From Candidatus Poseidoniales archaeon (GTDB lineage: Archaea > Thermoplasmatota > Poseidoniia > Poseidoniales > Poseidoniaceae), in contig QQRY01000059.1 in the NCBI GenBank assembly GCA_003602575.1, positions 145-64,144 of the forward strand: DNA of 64,000 nucleotides. The letters are read 5' to 3'. Below are positions 18,525 to 28,561 of this stretch, in pieces. The notes beneath the pieces were generated by a model. It was not told the origin of the DNA, searched no databases, and saw nothing but the letters and a program-made list of their open reading frames with translations. Made by a program: the position numbers and the translations under genes. How positions within the stretch are numbered: position 1 is the first letter of the stretch; each line of letters opens with the position of its first letter.

Positions 18525-19943
18525 TCAATTGACAATAGATGATTTTATACTAATTCCATTCATTTGATTCTTCTCTAATGCCTTTATTGCTAGACCAATT
18601 TTACTCGTGTGTATTTCTACTTTAGTTGAAGTATCTTCAAAGATTATGTCTCCGATTGCTAGTTCATCACATTTTATCGCATTTACGAACCACTGAGTGA
18701 TATTTCTTGAAGAGCCTAATTTTGAGGAGGGGGCGTCAAGTTCAAGTGTAACAAATCCAAAAACACTAGAATTTTCTTGGTAATCATCTTGATACTTTAC
18801 TAGTTCATCAACTCCTTCGTTTAATGCAGGTACTTCAGATTCACTGATATCTAAATTATAGGTTGCAATTATTTTGGATAATTGAGGAGAGTCGTCTTTG
18901 GAGACAAGACTCCATGCTTCTCCTGTTCGACCAATTCTACCTGTTCGACCAACTCTGTGAATGAATGAATCAATATCGTTAGGAATATCATAGTTGATAA
19001 CTAGGGTAATCCCATCGACATCAATCCCTCGTGCCGCTACATCGGTTGCAATGATTGTTTTGAAATCACCGTTCTTGAATTTATCAAGTATTTTCTCTCT
19101 TTGATTCTGGTTCAAATCACCATGCAATCCTTCAACACTGAACTTATTTTTTCTGAGTCTTTGAGTTGCTAAATCAACCATTCTCTTGGTATTACAAAAG
19201 ATAATTGTTTGATCATCCTCATCCATTCGCAACAATAAACGTGATAATGCCCATAATTTATTGGCCCTTCCAATTCTTACACTGAACATATCAACAGGAG
19301 GTAAATCCAATTCTTCAGTATTGGTCAAAATGAATTCCGGTTCATTCATGAACTCATTTGCTGCGTCGATTATCTCTTGAGGGAATGTTGCAGAAAATAG
19401 TAGAGTTTGTTGTCTATTTGTCATCTTTTCAACTACCCACATAATGTCTGGGAAAAATCCCATATCCAACATTCTATCCGCTTCATCTAGACAAAATATT
19501 GATGCTGAAGACATATCGATAAATTCTCTTCGAGTCATATCCATCACTCTTCCAGGAGTCCCCACGATAATATCAACACCATCTTGTAATTTTCTTGCTT
19601 GTTTCTCTAAATCAGTACCGCCATAAACAGTAACTATTTTCAATCCCAAGTCACCTTGCAGTGAATCTATCTCCTGTGAAACTTGATTAGCAAGTTCTCT
19701 AGTTGGAGCTAGGATTAGTGCTTGAAATTCACCAGTAGGTTGACAAGATTCTAAAATTGGAATACCAAATGCTGCAGTTTTACCTGAACCAGTTCTTGCT
19801 TGACCAATAATGTCTAAGCCCTTCCTTGCAAGGGGAATTGTATCCTTTTGAACTTGAGTTGCAAACTCCCAACCGAGAGAGTCTAGTCCTGATTGAAGTT
19901 GGGGTGGCAAATTCCACGCTTTGAAAGTTTGATTTGTGAACAT
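18525..19943 (-). CDS. DEAD-box RNA helicase with DbpA-like C-terminal domain
   Basis: GSGKT, PTRELA, DEAD, SAT, HRVGRTGR. Confidence 0.95.
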   Translation of the reverse strand: MFTNQTFKAWNLPPQLQSGLDSLGWEFATQVQKDTIPLARKGLDIIGQARTGSGKTAAFGIPILESCQPTGEFQALILAPTRELANQVSQEIDSLQGDLGLKIVTVYGGTDLEKQARKLQDGVDIIVGTPGRVMDMTRREFIDMSSASIFCLDEADRMLDMGFFPDIMWVVEKMTNRQQTLLFSATFPQEIIDAANEFMNEPEFILTNTEELDLPPVDMFSVRIGRANKLWALSRLLLRMDEDDQTIIFCNTKRMVDLATQRLRKNKFSVEGLHGDLNQNQREKILDKFKNGDFKTIIATDVAARGIDVDGITLVINYDIPNDIDSFIHRVGRTGRIGRTGEAWSLVSKDDSPQLSKIIATYNLDISESEVPALNEGVDELVKYQDDYQENSSVFGFVTLELDAPSSKLGSSRNITQWFVNAIKCDELAIGDIIFEDTSTKVEIHTSKIGLAIKALEKNQMNGISIKSSIVN

Positions 19944-20008
19944 TTTTTTCACCTCCGTCTCAATTCACTACGGGCCGCCGAGACGGGGGCAACCCTCTAC
20001 GAATGTAA

Positions 20009-20224
20009 TCAGAAGTTATCCTTTTCAGCAATTTCTTTCTGAAGAATACCCATCCAGTACTTGCGAGCATTTTCTTTGTTTAATGGGCGACGCATCTGTC
20101 TGACATGTTCCAAAATGTATTGTCGGAACTTCAAAGATTTGTTTCGATTAACTCCCTTTGGGGTTAGTCCATCCCACAAACGATCAAATTGTTCAGCTTT
20201 ATCATTGAAAGGAGAGTCACTCAT
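20009..20224 (-). CDS. Small hypothetical protein
   Basis: 71 aa; GAGGTG SD upstream. Confidence 0.7.
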   Translation of the reverse strand: MSDSPFNDKAEQFDRLWDGLTPKGVNRNKSLKFRQYILEHVRQMRRPLNKENARKYWMGILQKEIAEKDNF

Positions 20225-20299
20225 AATTACACCTCTTAAGCAAGCAGTCCACTAAAGCCCCCTTCTTAACCATGCCGACAATTAATTCTGATGGATTAA

Positions 20300-21604
20300 T
20301 CAAAATTCTTCATCATCAGAATCCATCAAATAGTCATCTTCATCATATCCCATCATTTCATCTTGACTGACTGGACGATACAAAGGATTGTTCTTCATTG
20401 CCTCTTCTTTGAGAGATTCATTCTTTTTGATATTGCGTTCTTCTTCTGTTAGAGGCTTCTTGGATGCTGCATTAACATTAACTTCAGTTGTTAATTTTTC
20501 TAATCCTAACTGGATACCATGCGCCTCAGCAACCTCTCTGTCCAACTTAGGGACTGAAGGCGAAGGCGCCAAGAACTTGTTCTTTTGAGATTCCGAACCC
20601 TCAAGAGATTCATCAATAGTCATCTCTTTCAATTCTTTACGTAGTTTAGGATCTACCTCACTCTTCAGCAAGTCAGTAGCTACGCCACGTAAGACCTCTT
20701 CAGAATATAATTTAGGAAGCATTTCGATACATGCTCGACGAATATTGATATCTTTCGATGAAGCACTTTGAAGAATTAATTCTCTCGCCCTTCCACTGTC
20801 CTTATCCATACCTTGAATGGCTTTTACAGCACTCAATCTAACCTTAGGGTCTGAGTCAATAATGGCTCTTTCAGAAAAGATAGTAGCAAGTCTTGTTTCA
20901 TTTCTTGCTAGGGACGGCAGGGTTTTGGCAGCATTTCGGCGAACTTCGACATCTTCATCATCCAAAGCCCAAGATATAAGATCCCAAGTCACTGAACCAC
21001 CCTTGGATAACAGTTTCCTCAATAGTTTAGCAGCTTTCCTTCGATAGATAGGGTCTTCTTCAAGAAGAAGCGTATCGATGTGTTCACAAGCAACTGAAGG
21101 CCATGTTTCGCAGAGGGAATTAAGTCCTTTCCAAGCAGCATCCATTCTGCTTTTATTGTATGAACGTAATTCATTTTGTAGAATTACTTGAACGCCAGAC
21201 GGGAATACTGGTGCTGAGAGCGAAAGACATTTGCTCGCTGCTTGTCTAACATTTACATCAGAATCGTCTAATAATACAGAAAGCCAATCAAATAACTCAT
21301 CAGATTTTTGTGTTGCCACCTCTGGAAGAGCCTTCAATCCTGCCTCCCTAATTTCAGGATCATCGCTTTCTAGAGCCAATAATAGTGTCTCATGAGCCTT
21401 CATGGCATTCCTACCTTTACCCTTAATCCGGGTCAAAGCAATGATTCCTTCGGGTTTGAATAATACTAAATCTTTACCTTTCCAACTTACATTAACTGAT
21501 ACGATTTCTCCTCTAGATAGAGGGATTATGTCTTGTTCATTTATCGCCATCCAAGGACCTGATTCAGTTTCCACTACATGATTTAGATTTTTAGAACCAC
21601 CCAT
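20300..21604 (-). CDS. HEAT-repeat protein (true start may lie upstream at ATT 21655)
   Basis: Repeated L.D.D..VR..AA..L units; acidic C-terminus. Confidence 0.85.
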   Translation of the reverse strand: MGGSKNLNHVVETESGPWMAINEQDIIPLSRGEIVSVNVSWKGKDLVLFKPEGIIALTRIKGKGRNAMKAHETLLLALESDDPEIREAGLKALPEVATQKSDELFDWLSVLLDDSDVNVRQAASKCLSLSAPVFPSGVQVILQNELRSYNKSRMDAAWKGLNSLCETWPSVACEHIDTLLLEEDPIYRRKAAKLLRKLLSKGGSVTWDLISWALDDEDVEVRRNAAKTLPSLARNETRLATIFSERAIIDSDPKVRLSAVKAIQGMDKDSGRARELILQSASSKDINIRRACIEMLPKLYSEEVLRGVATDLLKSEVDPKLRKELKEMTIDESLEGSESQKNKFLAPSPSVPKLDREVAEAHGIQLGLEKLTTEVNVNAASKKPLTEEERNIKKNESLKEEAMKNNPLYRPVSQDEMMGYDEDDYLMDSDDEEF

Positions 21605-21775
21605 TTGTATTGGCTTGCCGGTTCGGGGATCTCTAGCGATGTATTCACGTGAAATTCATATTCCCCCTTGATGCGCGCATAGTACCTGTTCAAAAGAAAC
21701 TATTGCTTCCATGGGCTTCAATTCATTCTAGGGATTATCAACTATAACACCTAAATTGAAAAACAATCACCCTAT

Positions 21776-22396
21776 ATGCCAATCATGGCGGATGCAGATG
21801 TTGATGATATCTGTAGAGTTTTAGCGGTCTGCTTTCGTCATGGTGAGTCACTTTCAGAACTTGATATCGAGAGAGTTTTATCTTTTGACATGGGCTGGCT
21901 ATCTCCCGATGAAGCCAGTACTGCTGTACATGCTCTAATTGATTCCGGATGGTTGATTGGAGATGTTGATGACTTGCAACCTGTGGTAAAAAATAATTCG
22001 ATTACAACACCACTTGGTTGGTTTCCTAGACCTTCGAGATTAATCAATCCAGTAAGGTATGATTCTAAACAATTTAATGAATCGTCAAATAGTGAGGGTA
22101 TACCTGTAACTGAAGAACCGACTAAGAAAGTTGAGGCACCTGTCAAAATTGATGCCCAGTCTGAATTAACAAGTAAAGATCCAAGAGCAAAAATGGAAAG
22201 AAGGTTGAAACGGTATGTTGCGAAACAATCTAAACTTGATATTGAAGAAATTGAAAGACGAATTCAAAGAAAAAAGAATGCTTTGAGTTTCGTAACCGTT
22301 TGGATGTGTATTGCATTAGTAGCACGAGAGCAGGGTCTAGAAATGAAAGATATTATCGAAGCACTTTCTGGAAATCAAGCCAAATCATCTAACTGA
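21776..22396 (+). CDS. Hypothetical protein, DUF2240-like
   Basis: LSFDMGWLSPDEA N-terminal motif; ALVAREQG C-terminal motif. Confidence 0.7.
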   Translation: MPIMADADVDDICRVLAVCFRHGESLSELDIERVLSFDMGWLSPDEASTAVHALIDSGWLIGDVDDLQPVVKNNSITTPLGWFPRPSRLINPVRYDSKQFNESSNSEGIPVTEEPTKKVEAPVKIDAQSELTSKDPRAKMERRLKRYVAKQSKLDIEEIERRIQRKKNALSFVTVWMCIALVAREQGLEMKDIIEALSGNQAKSSN

Positions 22397-24978
22397 GGTT
22401 CAAACTCTTTTTCGATTACTTGTTCCTCTTTACTTCTAGCAGAAAGTTCCATGACAACAGGAAGTAATACTAGTGCTAACAGCAGAGAAAAGAAGACGGT
22501 GATCGCTGTAATTAACCCAAAGTCCTGTATTACAGGCATTGGAGAAAACATCAGAACTAAGAATCCAAGAGCTGTTGTCAAAGCACTCATAATCAAAGCG
22601 ACACCTGTAGTAGATATTGATGCCCTAAGTGCGTCCCAATGATTATTTCTACGGGCCAATTCAACTTCAAAACGACGCCACATGTGTATCGAATAATCTA
22701 TACCAATTCCTAATGTTAGCGCAGTCACCATTACAGTCAAAACATTCCATTTCAAACCGATTACAGCCATCGAACCAACTACCCAAAGAGATGCCACACC
22801 TACCGGGAATAGAATAACCACCGCAGGTAAGATTCTTCTGGTTAGAGAAATTAGAACAATAAAGGATACAATGAGTGAAATTGCTGTGGATTTGATTTGA
22901 GAAATCGAAATACCGTCAAGAACTGATTGAAGCATTGCTAAATCTCCGGTTACGTATAATTCCGAATTAGAAGCAAGATTATATCTCAAAGTACCAGATT
23001 TAGATTCATCTCCTAGCATTGTTTCAAAGTCCTTCACAACTTGTTCGGACTGAACTGAAGTTGAGGCTTCGACTCGAACTTCATTCCTAAGGTAGATTAT
23101 ATTTGACCCTTCGAGATATACGCTATTTTCAACTCTTTGTGACCAAGTCTCACCACTGATGGCATCAGCAGTAGTATCATTTTCCATAAGTGACTTGAAA
23201 GCAAATCCTAAATCACATCCCCTGCTATAATTATCAACATAGACGCCACCGTCAGCAAAAACTTCTAAATTATGAGTTTCACCAAAATTACTATCTCGTA
23301 GAATTGCATCTCGCAAAATTACATAAGGTCCTTCATATGAAGGAGATGGTAGTTTGCCATCAGTACCTACAACGTCGTGATTCGATTCTAAATCACCATG
23401 TAAACCCCGTAATTCTGTCAATAAATCAGAATCCCCATCAATGTATACTTTCTCTTCGACTGGCTCGAATAAAACATAGATGACTTTCCATCCAGCACTA
23501 TCGTAATTTTCAGCTAATTCGCCCCTAACACTCATTATTTCCATATCTGGATCAACAAAATCTCCCAAATCAAAGTCAGTGTCAAGTGATGCTGCGCCAA
23601 AAATTGAAATTCCTGAAAGAAGTAATACAACAAGGAAAATACTTACTTGTTGTTTCTGTTGAACCTTGGCCAAAGTATTAGCAAAAACCGGCATAGTAAT
23701 CGCTTTAGATTCACTTACCAACTTAGAAGAATCAAAAACTACATGAAGAGCACCAACTACTACGGTGGATGTAATGAATGCACAAATGACACCAAATGCT
23801 AATGCTAATCCAAATGTTGTCAAAGGAGGCAATGGAGAGATGATATTCGCTAGGAATGCTGCAACAGTCGTTATCACAGCTAAAGAGAGTGGAACTGATA
23901 GTCTTGCACATGCACGTAACCATGATTCTGCAGGATCTGAGTATTGCTCTCGGACTGTGGCATTTGCTCTTTGTAAGTGAATTGCATAGTCAATGCCTAA
24001 GCCAAGAACAAGTGGAGCAACAGCAACTTCGAGTGCTGTAAACTTTACATTGAATAGATTCAGAGCGCCATATGTCCAAATTAGAGCGCATGATAATCCT
24101 ACCAGAGGGAAAGCCACATCTCTGACTGAACGGAATGTGAAAATAAGTAAAACAACAACTACTAGCAGAGCCAGGATCACTAGTAAGGCTAAATTATCAA
24201 AAGTGCCACTATCGATATCATAGGATAATAAGTCTAGTGAAACAACGCCATAATCTAGTTCTGAATCATCTGAAATTTGGTTGAATTTCTGTCTCAATTC
24301 AACTTGAACTTCTTTTCTCTCCTCCTCGGAAAGTTCAGGATCGATTTCCAATACCCAAAGCGTCGAACTAGCCACAGGAGTTCCGTCGCCTGTAGCCTCA
24401 GAAAGATAATCACAAGTTGGAGTGAAGTCTAGATCTGTATTCAATAATGCGGATGATGCATAAGTTGCTGCTGAAAGAAATTGATCGTCATTGGTTAATC
24501 GGCACTCTACATCCTCATCCACAATCTCATCCAATAATTGATTCCATGAACTGAGTTGTGAGAGATTAGTTCCATTTGATTCCTCATCTAAGGCCAATTG
24601 AAGTATACTTGGCGTAGTAGTCCAAACCGTAATTGAATCATCTTGGGACTTAGAGATCTCCTCAATTTCTAAAAGATGCTGTTGCATTAATAGTATGTTA
24701 TCGAATGTAAGAACATTTCCTCCATCATCACGTTCTACATCAATGAAAAGGGGCCTAGTTTCATTTGGAAAATACTCATGAATTCTATCATGGGCATCTT
24801 TTGACTCCGAATCGGGAGAAAAAGCATCCAAGTCAGTATTGAATTGAGGGGGTGAGGAAAATAAATTTCCTAGCAAAAGTACCGTAATTAGACCAGTAAC
24901 GACCAAAATAGGAATAGACACCTTACGGAATTTGTCTGTAAATGAGGCCATAGTCTCCTCTAACTTCACAGTGTCCAT
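22375..24978 (-). CDS. MMPL/RND-superfamily transporter
   Basis: Two GLGIDYAIH / GIGIDYSIH motifs, two extracytoplasmic loops, about 12 TM. Confidence 0.9.
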   Translation of the reverse strand: MDTVKLEETMASFTDKFRKVSIPILVVTGLITVLLLGNLFSSPPQFNTDLDAFSPDSESKDAHDRIHEYFPNETRPLFIDVERDDGGNVLTFDNILLMQQHLLEIEEISKSQDDSITVWTTTPSILQLALDEESNGTNLSQLSSWNQLLDEIVDEDVECRLTNDDQFLSAATYASSALLNTDLDFTPTCDYLSEATGDGTPVASSTLWVLEIDPELSEEERKEVQVELRQKFNQISDDSELDYGVVSLDLLSYDIDSGTFDNLALLVILALLVVVVLLIFTFRSVRDVAFPLVGLSCALIWTYGALNLFNVKFTALEVAVAPLVLGLGIDYAIHLQRANATVREQYSDPAESWLRACARLSVPLSLAVITTVAAFLANIISPLPPLTTFGLALAFGVICAFITSTVVVGALHVVFDSSKLVSESKAITMPVFANTLAKVQQKQQVSIFLVVLLLSGISIFGAASLDTDFDLGDFVDPDMEIMSVRGELAENYDSAGWKVIYVLFEPVEEKVYIDGDSDLLTELRGLHGDLESNHDVVGTDGKLPSPSYEGPYVILRDAILRDSNFGETHNLEVFADGGVYVDNYSRGCDLGFAFKSLMENDTTADAISGETWSQRVENSVYLEGSNIIYLRNEVRVEASTSVQSEQVVKDFETMLGDESKSGTLRYNLASNSELYVTGDLAMLQSVLDGISISQIKSTAISLIVSFIVLISLTRRILPAVVILFPVGVASLWVVGSMAVIGLKWNVLTVMVTALTLGIGIDYSIHMWRRFEVELARRNNHWDALRASISTTGVALIMSALTTALGFLVLMFSPMPVIQDFGLITAITVFFSLLLALVLLPVVMELSARSKEEQVIEKEFEPQLDDLA

Positions 24979-25109
24979 AGAAAGGCGACGCGGATTCAGT
25001 AAAAAAGTAAAGGGGTTAATAGTACACAAATACAATCATTTTAGATTTCACCGACGATTATTGAAAGGATAACTTCAAAACAAGTAGGCTTCACGACAGA
25101 CCGTTCGCT

Positions 25110-25367
25110 ATGCCAGTAAAGGTACTTATCATGGAAAAAAATGAACTGAGATTGAGAATTATTGGTGAAAGCCATACTGCTCTTCAAATGCTTCGTGAGC
25201 GCTTGAATGGACACAAAAATGTCGATTATGCCAACTATTTCCCCGGTCACCCTGAGTTGGATGACCCAGAATTTTATATTAGAATCAAGGGGAAAAGTTC
25301 TGGTGAAAAGTTGCTAAAAGAAATAGTCGGCGGAATCTCAAAGGATTTTTCTTCAATAAGCCTCTGA
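25110..25367 (+). CDS. rpoL: RNA polymerase subunit L (Rpo11)
   Basis: IIGESHT..LRERL....VDYANY...HP. Confidence 0.9.
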   Translation: MPVKVLIMEKNELRLRIIGESHTALQMLRERLNGHKNVDYANYFPGHPELDDPEFYIRIKGKSSGEKLLKEIVGGISKDFSSISL

Positions 25368-25380
25368 AGGGGCTGAAATC

Positions 25381-26781
25381 ATGGCTTTTTCTGACCCTTT
25401 GTCAAATTTGATTGGGCTTGAGGGTTATGCTACTGATACCAAAGGTATTGGAGGATTGCTAAAATCTAGAGTCACCGATTTTAGAGTTGAGGAAATTTCT
25501 ACCCCTCTTCATTTAGAGCCACGCGGTAGATTCACAGTAGCAAAAATAACTTTGACAAATTGGGAAACAAATAGATTCTGTACTAATCTAGCAAGAACCC
25601 TCAAAATACCAAGGAATCGAATCTTTTTTGCAGGAACCAAAGATAAAAGGGCTGTAACTCAACAATTATTCGTAATTGATGCAAATCAAAATAAAGTGGC
25701 AGAAGTGGAAATGCCCGATGTTGAAATTGAAATATTGGGTAGAACTCATCAGAAAATAGGCTTTGGAAACCATAGAGGAAATAGATTCACTATAGTTGCA
25801 AGAGGATGTTGTCATGAAGATGGAACTCCTATGACTGAGAAAGAAGCATTGGATGAAGTGGAATTAATCAAGATGAGATTAGATGAATCATTAGGGAGTA
25901 ACTTATTCCCCAACTGGATAGGTCCGCAGAGATTTGGTTCTGGAAGGCCAGTGACCGCCGAAGTAGGTAAGCACATTATAGCAAATAGATGGAAAGATGC
26001 TGCTATGGCATATATCTCAATGCAAGGGATTTCTGAAAAAGAAGATGTTGAAGAATTCAGAAAATTCGTAAGGGATAATGGCCCTGTACAAGAAGCCTTG
26101 GAAATAATACCTCAATGGCTAGGATTTGAAAAACGAATGCTAGAACAATTGATCAAAAAACCTGATGATTGGGTAGGTGCGATTCTAAAACTTCCAAATA
26201 ATCTTCAATTAATGACTATTCATGCACTACAATCAGTTGTTTTTAATAAATCATTAAACTCTAGAATCAATGCAAAATTACCAATTTCCACTCCTGTTAT
26301 TGGAGATTTAGTTGGAAGAATAGATGAAAAGGGTCAATTGGATGCATCGAGTTGTATAATGGTCGAACAACGAACATTACCTCGAGTAGAGAGAAATTGT
26401 GTATTGGGAAGATTAAGTCCAACCGGACCTTTACCTGGAAGTGAGATCTCTACTTGTGAAGGAGAAAGTGGAGATATAGAAAAGCAAACTATCAGAGATA
26501 TGGAATTAGAAGACGCTAACTGGTACATAGAAAGAATACCAAGACTTTCAACAAAAGGAACAAGAAGAGCCCTAGTAACTTCCTTTGGAGATTTTCATGT
26601 AGATACTGTCCCAATTGTTAACGATGACACTTTAGGCACTAAATGGCAACAAGGACCCGGTGAAAATAGTAGATGGCATCCAGAAGGTGCATGTGTAAGA
26701 TTTAGATTTACACTTTCATCTGGTAGCTATGCTACTACATTGCTTAGAGAATTTATGCAATGCCCACTAGGGCAATTATGA
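25381..26781 (+). CDS. truD: tRNA pseudouridine(13) synthase
   Basis: DFRVEE, AGTKDKRAVT, GNRF, GPQRFG, GSYAT. Confidence 0.95.
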   Translation: MAFSDPLSNLIGLEGYATDTKGIGGLLKSRVTDFRVEEISTPLHLEPRGRFTVAKITLTNWETNRFCTNLARTLKIPRNRIFFAGTKDKRAVTQQLFVIDANQNKVAEVEMPDVEIEILGRTHQKIGFGNHRGNRFTIVARGCCHEDGTPMTEKEALDEVELIKMRLDESLGSNLFPNWIGPQRFGSGRPVTAEVGKHIIANRWKDAAMAYISMQGISEKEDVEEFRKFVRDNGPVQEALEIIPQWLGFEKRMLEQLIKKPDDWVGAILKLPNNLQLMTIHALQSVVFNKSLNSRINAKLPISTPVIGDLVGRIDEKGQLDASSCIMVEQRTLPRVERNCVLGRLSPTGPLPGSEISTCEGESGDIEKQTIRDMELEDANWYIERIPRLSTKGTRRALVTSFGDFHVDTVPIVNDDTLGTKWQQGPGENSRWHPEGACVRFRFTLSSGSYATTLLREFMQCPLGQL

Positions 26782-26783
26782 TT

Positions 26784-27059
26784 TCAAAGAAGTCCCATTG
26801 AAAGTACTTCGATTTCTCCAACACCGTGGATCATAGACATCTTTTCTTCGAAATCATCGGACAAACCGCCTTCCTTGTCAGACATGACAACATGAACTTG
26901 TACAAACTTCAGTCCGAAGGCGAGTGGCTTAACGTCAACTGCTTGAACATCATAAACATCGCTAGCTAGAGATTTCACAGCCTCTGCAATTGCTTCAGCA
27001 TTAACATCCTCAACTTCAGAGTTAGGATTCAACTTATATGTCATTGCGACCATACCCAT
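26784..27059 (-). CDS. ef1b: Archaeal elongation factor 1-beta
   Basis: PLAFGLK motif, size, conserved position after the Zn-finger gene. Confidence 0.92.
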   Translation of the reverse strand: MGMVAMTYKLNPNSEVEDVNAEAIAEAVKSLASDVYDVQAVDVKPLAFGLKFVQVHVVMSDKEGGLSDDFEEKMSMIHGVGEIEVLSMGLL

Positions 27060-27068
27060 AATATCACC

Positions 27069-27239
27069 TCAGGGCCCCTGATATCCACAGGTATCGCAGA
27101 TGTATAGTACACCTTGGTTTCGGCATCTAGGACTTCTCCCGATTGAGATTTCGTCACATCCAGGGCAGGGGAAAGTGGTTGAACCTTCCTCTACCAGTGG
27201 AACGCCAGATGATGTACAATTTGCTGCTCTCTCACTCAT
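27069..27239 (-). CDS. Small Zn-finger protein, DUF1610/HVO_2753 family (not in ORF track)
   Basis: MSERAANCTSSGVPLVEEGSTTFPCPGCDEISIGRSPRCRNQGVLYICDTCGYQGP; GAGGT SD; conserved position upstream of ef1b. Confidence 0.9.
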   Translation of the reverse strand: MSERAANCTSSGVPLVEEGSTTFPCPGCDEISIGRSPRCRNQGVLYICDTCGYQGP

Positions 27240-27333
27240 GAATATACCTCAGGAACAAAGCCCCCCACGCCCTACCCTTCTTTATGGTTGCGTGAGATGA
27301 GCAATGCTGAAAATATGGTTCTTGAAGCACAAA

Positions 27334-27681
27334 TTAGCGGTCAATAACCGTAATTTGACCTGAAAGGCCTGTGCTAACGACCAATTCGCCGTCTCTAGAA
27401 GTACACCAACCGGAATGAATTCTAACAACATCTCCAATTCTAATTCTATCTATCTGTTCACCCCATAGCACCAACCCTACAAGTCCCGATTCATCTCGAC
27501 CACATGCAGCAGCCAAAGGTCCATTGTATTTTTTTGAATGAACGATTCTACGAGGATATATCCGAAGAATAACTAGTTCAAGCCTCTTGACAACTGTTTC
27601 TGCTTTGAGATCTCGTACTAACTGTCTGTCATATTGTTTTATTCTTCGTCCTAATTTTCTAATAAATGGTTTTCTTGCCAT
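27334..27681 (-). CDS. Single OB-fold protein, SSB/RPA-like
   Basis: DESG.V.LVLWGEQ...I..GDVVRI..GW OB motif. Confidence 0.75.
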   Translation of the reverse strand: MARKPFIRKLGRRIKQYDRQLVRDLKAETVVKRLELVILRIYPRRIVHSKKYNGPLAAACGRDESGLVGLVLWGEQIDRIRIGDVVRIHSGWCTSRDGELVVSTGLSGQITVIDR

Positions 27682-27722
27682 AAACTAGGATTTCAATTCA
27701 ATGTTAATCAAACATTCTAACC

Positions 27723-28460
27723 TTATTCTCTCTTTCTTCTAACCTTGAATGATGAATAGACTTCTTCTGGTCCATCATCAATTTCACTTCCGCTCAACTT
27801 TGGTTCAAGTAATGACTCGTAGGTTTTTCTGATGTTGACACCTTTATTCATTTTCCATGGCATGAAATTTCTACACACCAGATAGACTTCTGATGATGAG
27901 TTACGCGAAGCATCGGGAGAGAATCTCTTGACTTCTGAGAAGTAAGGCTTCACTGCCTTAATCAATTCTTCAACACCAATTCCTTGGAATAACTTTGACG
28001 TAAATGAACCGCCTTTACATAATAGTTTCATTGAAAAATCAAAAACATCTGCTACAAGAGTCATTGCAACAGTTTGATCAACATCCCACTTACCAGTAAT
28101 ATCAGGCGAAATATCGGAAATTATTGTATTAATTGGGCGCTCATCTAACTCTTCAAGAATTCTATCTTGCGTCAAATCTTCCGTAATATCACCCACAAGA
28201 AGCGTTGCACCTTCCACTGGTTGACATGGGTCAAGGTCAACTCCAATTACAACTCCCTCATCGCCAACCAGTTCAACTGCTACTTGTGCCCATCCTCCGG
28301 GATGACAACCAACGTCCAGTACTACATCGCCTTCACGAATAAGTTTGAATCTCTTCTGTATCTGAAGTAGCTTAAATGCAGAGCGAGCACGATAGCCACT
28401 GGCTTTTGCTTGACGCCTCCAAGAATCTCGCTTATGATTCTCAATCCAGTGGTCTGCCAT
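27723..28460 (-). CDS. rlmE: 23S rRNA 2'-O-methyltransferase (FtsJ/RrmJ)
   Basis: YRARSAFKL, DVGCHPGGW, SDISP, KLFQG, SSEVY. Confidence 0.93.
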   Translation of the reverse strand: MADHWIENHKRDSWRRQAKASGYRARSAFKLLQIQKRFKLIREGDVVLDVGCHPGGWAQVAVELVGDEGVVIGVDLDPCQPVEGATLLVGDITEDLTQDRILEELDERPINTIISDISPDITGKWDVDQTVAMTLVADVFDFSMKLLCKGGSFTSKLFQGIGVEELIKAVKPYFSEVKRFSPDASRNSSSEVYLVCRNFMPWKMNKGVNIRKTYESLLEPKLSGSEIDDGPEEVYSSFKVRRKRE

Positions 28461-28561
28461 AGACTCTCACCCAAACCATACTAGAAGTTCATGCAATTGA
28501 AACCTCTTATGATTATACATCAATACACAGGGATGAATAGGGTCAACCTCTTGGCCCGTTC

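Noticed and set aside
20300..21604. HEAT protein as the adaptin-like partner of the putative mu-homology protein
   Set aside because: About 10 kb away, and HEAT/PBS-lyase repeats are common in prokaryotes; no sequence evidence links them
27100..27300. 66-aa plus-strand ORF
   Set aside because: Antisense to the DUF1610 Zn-finger gene
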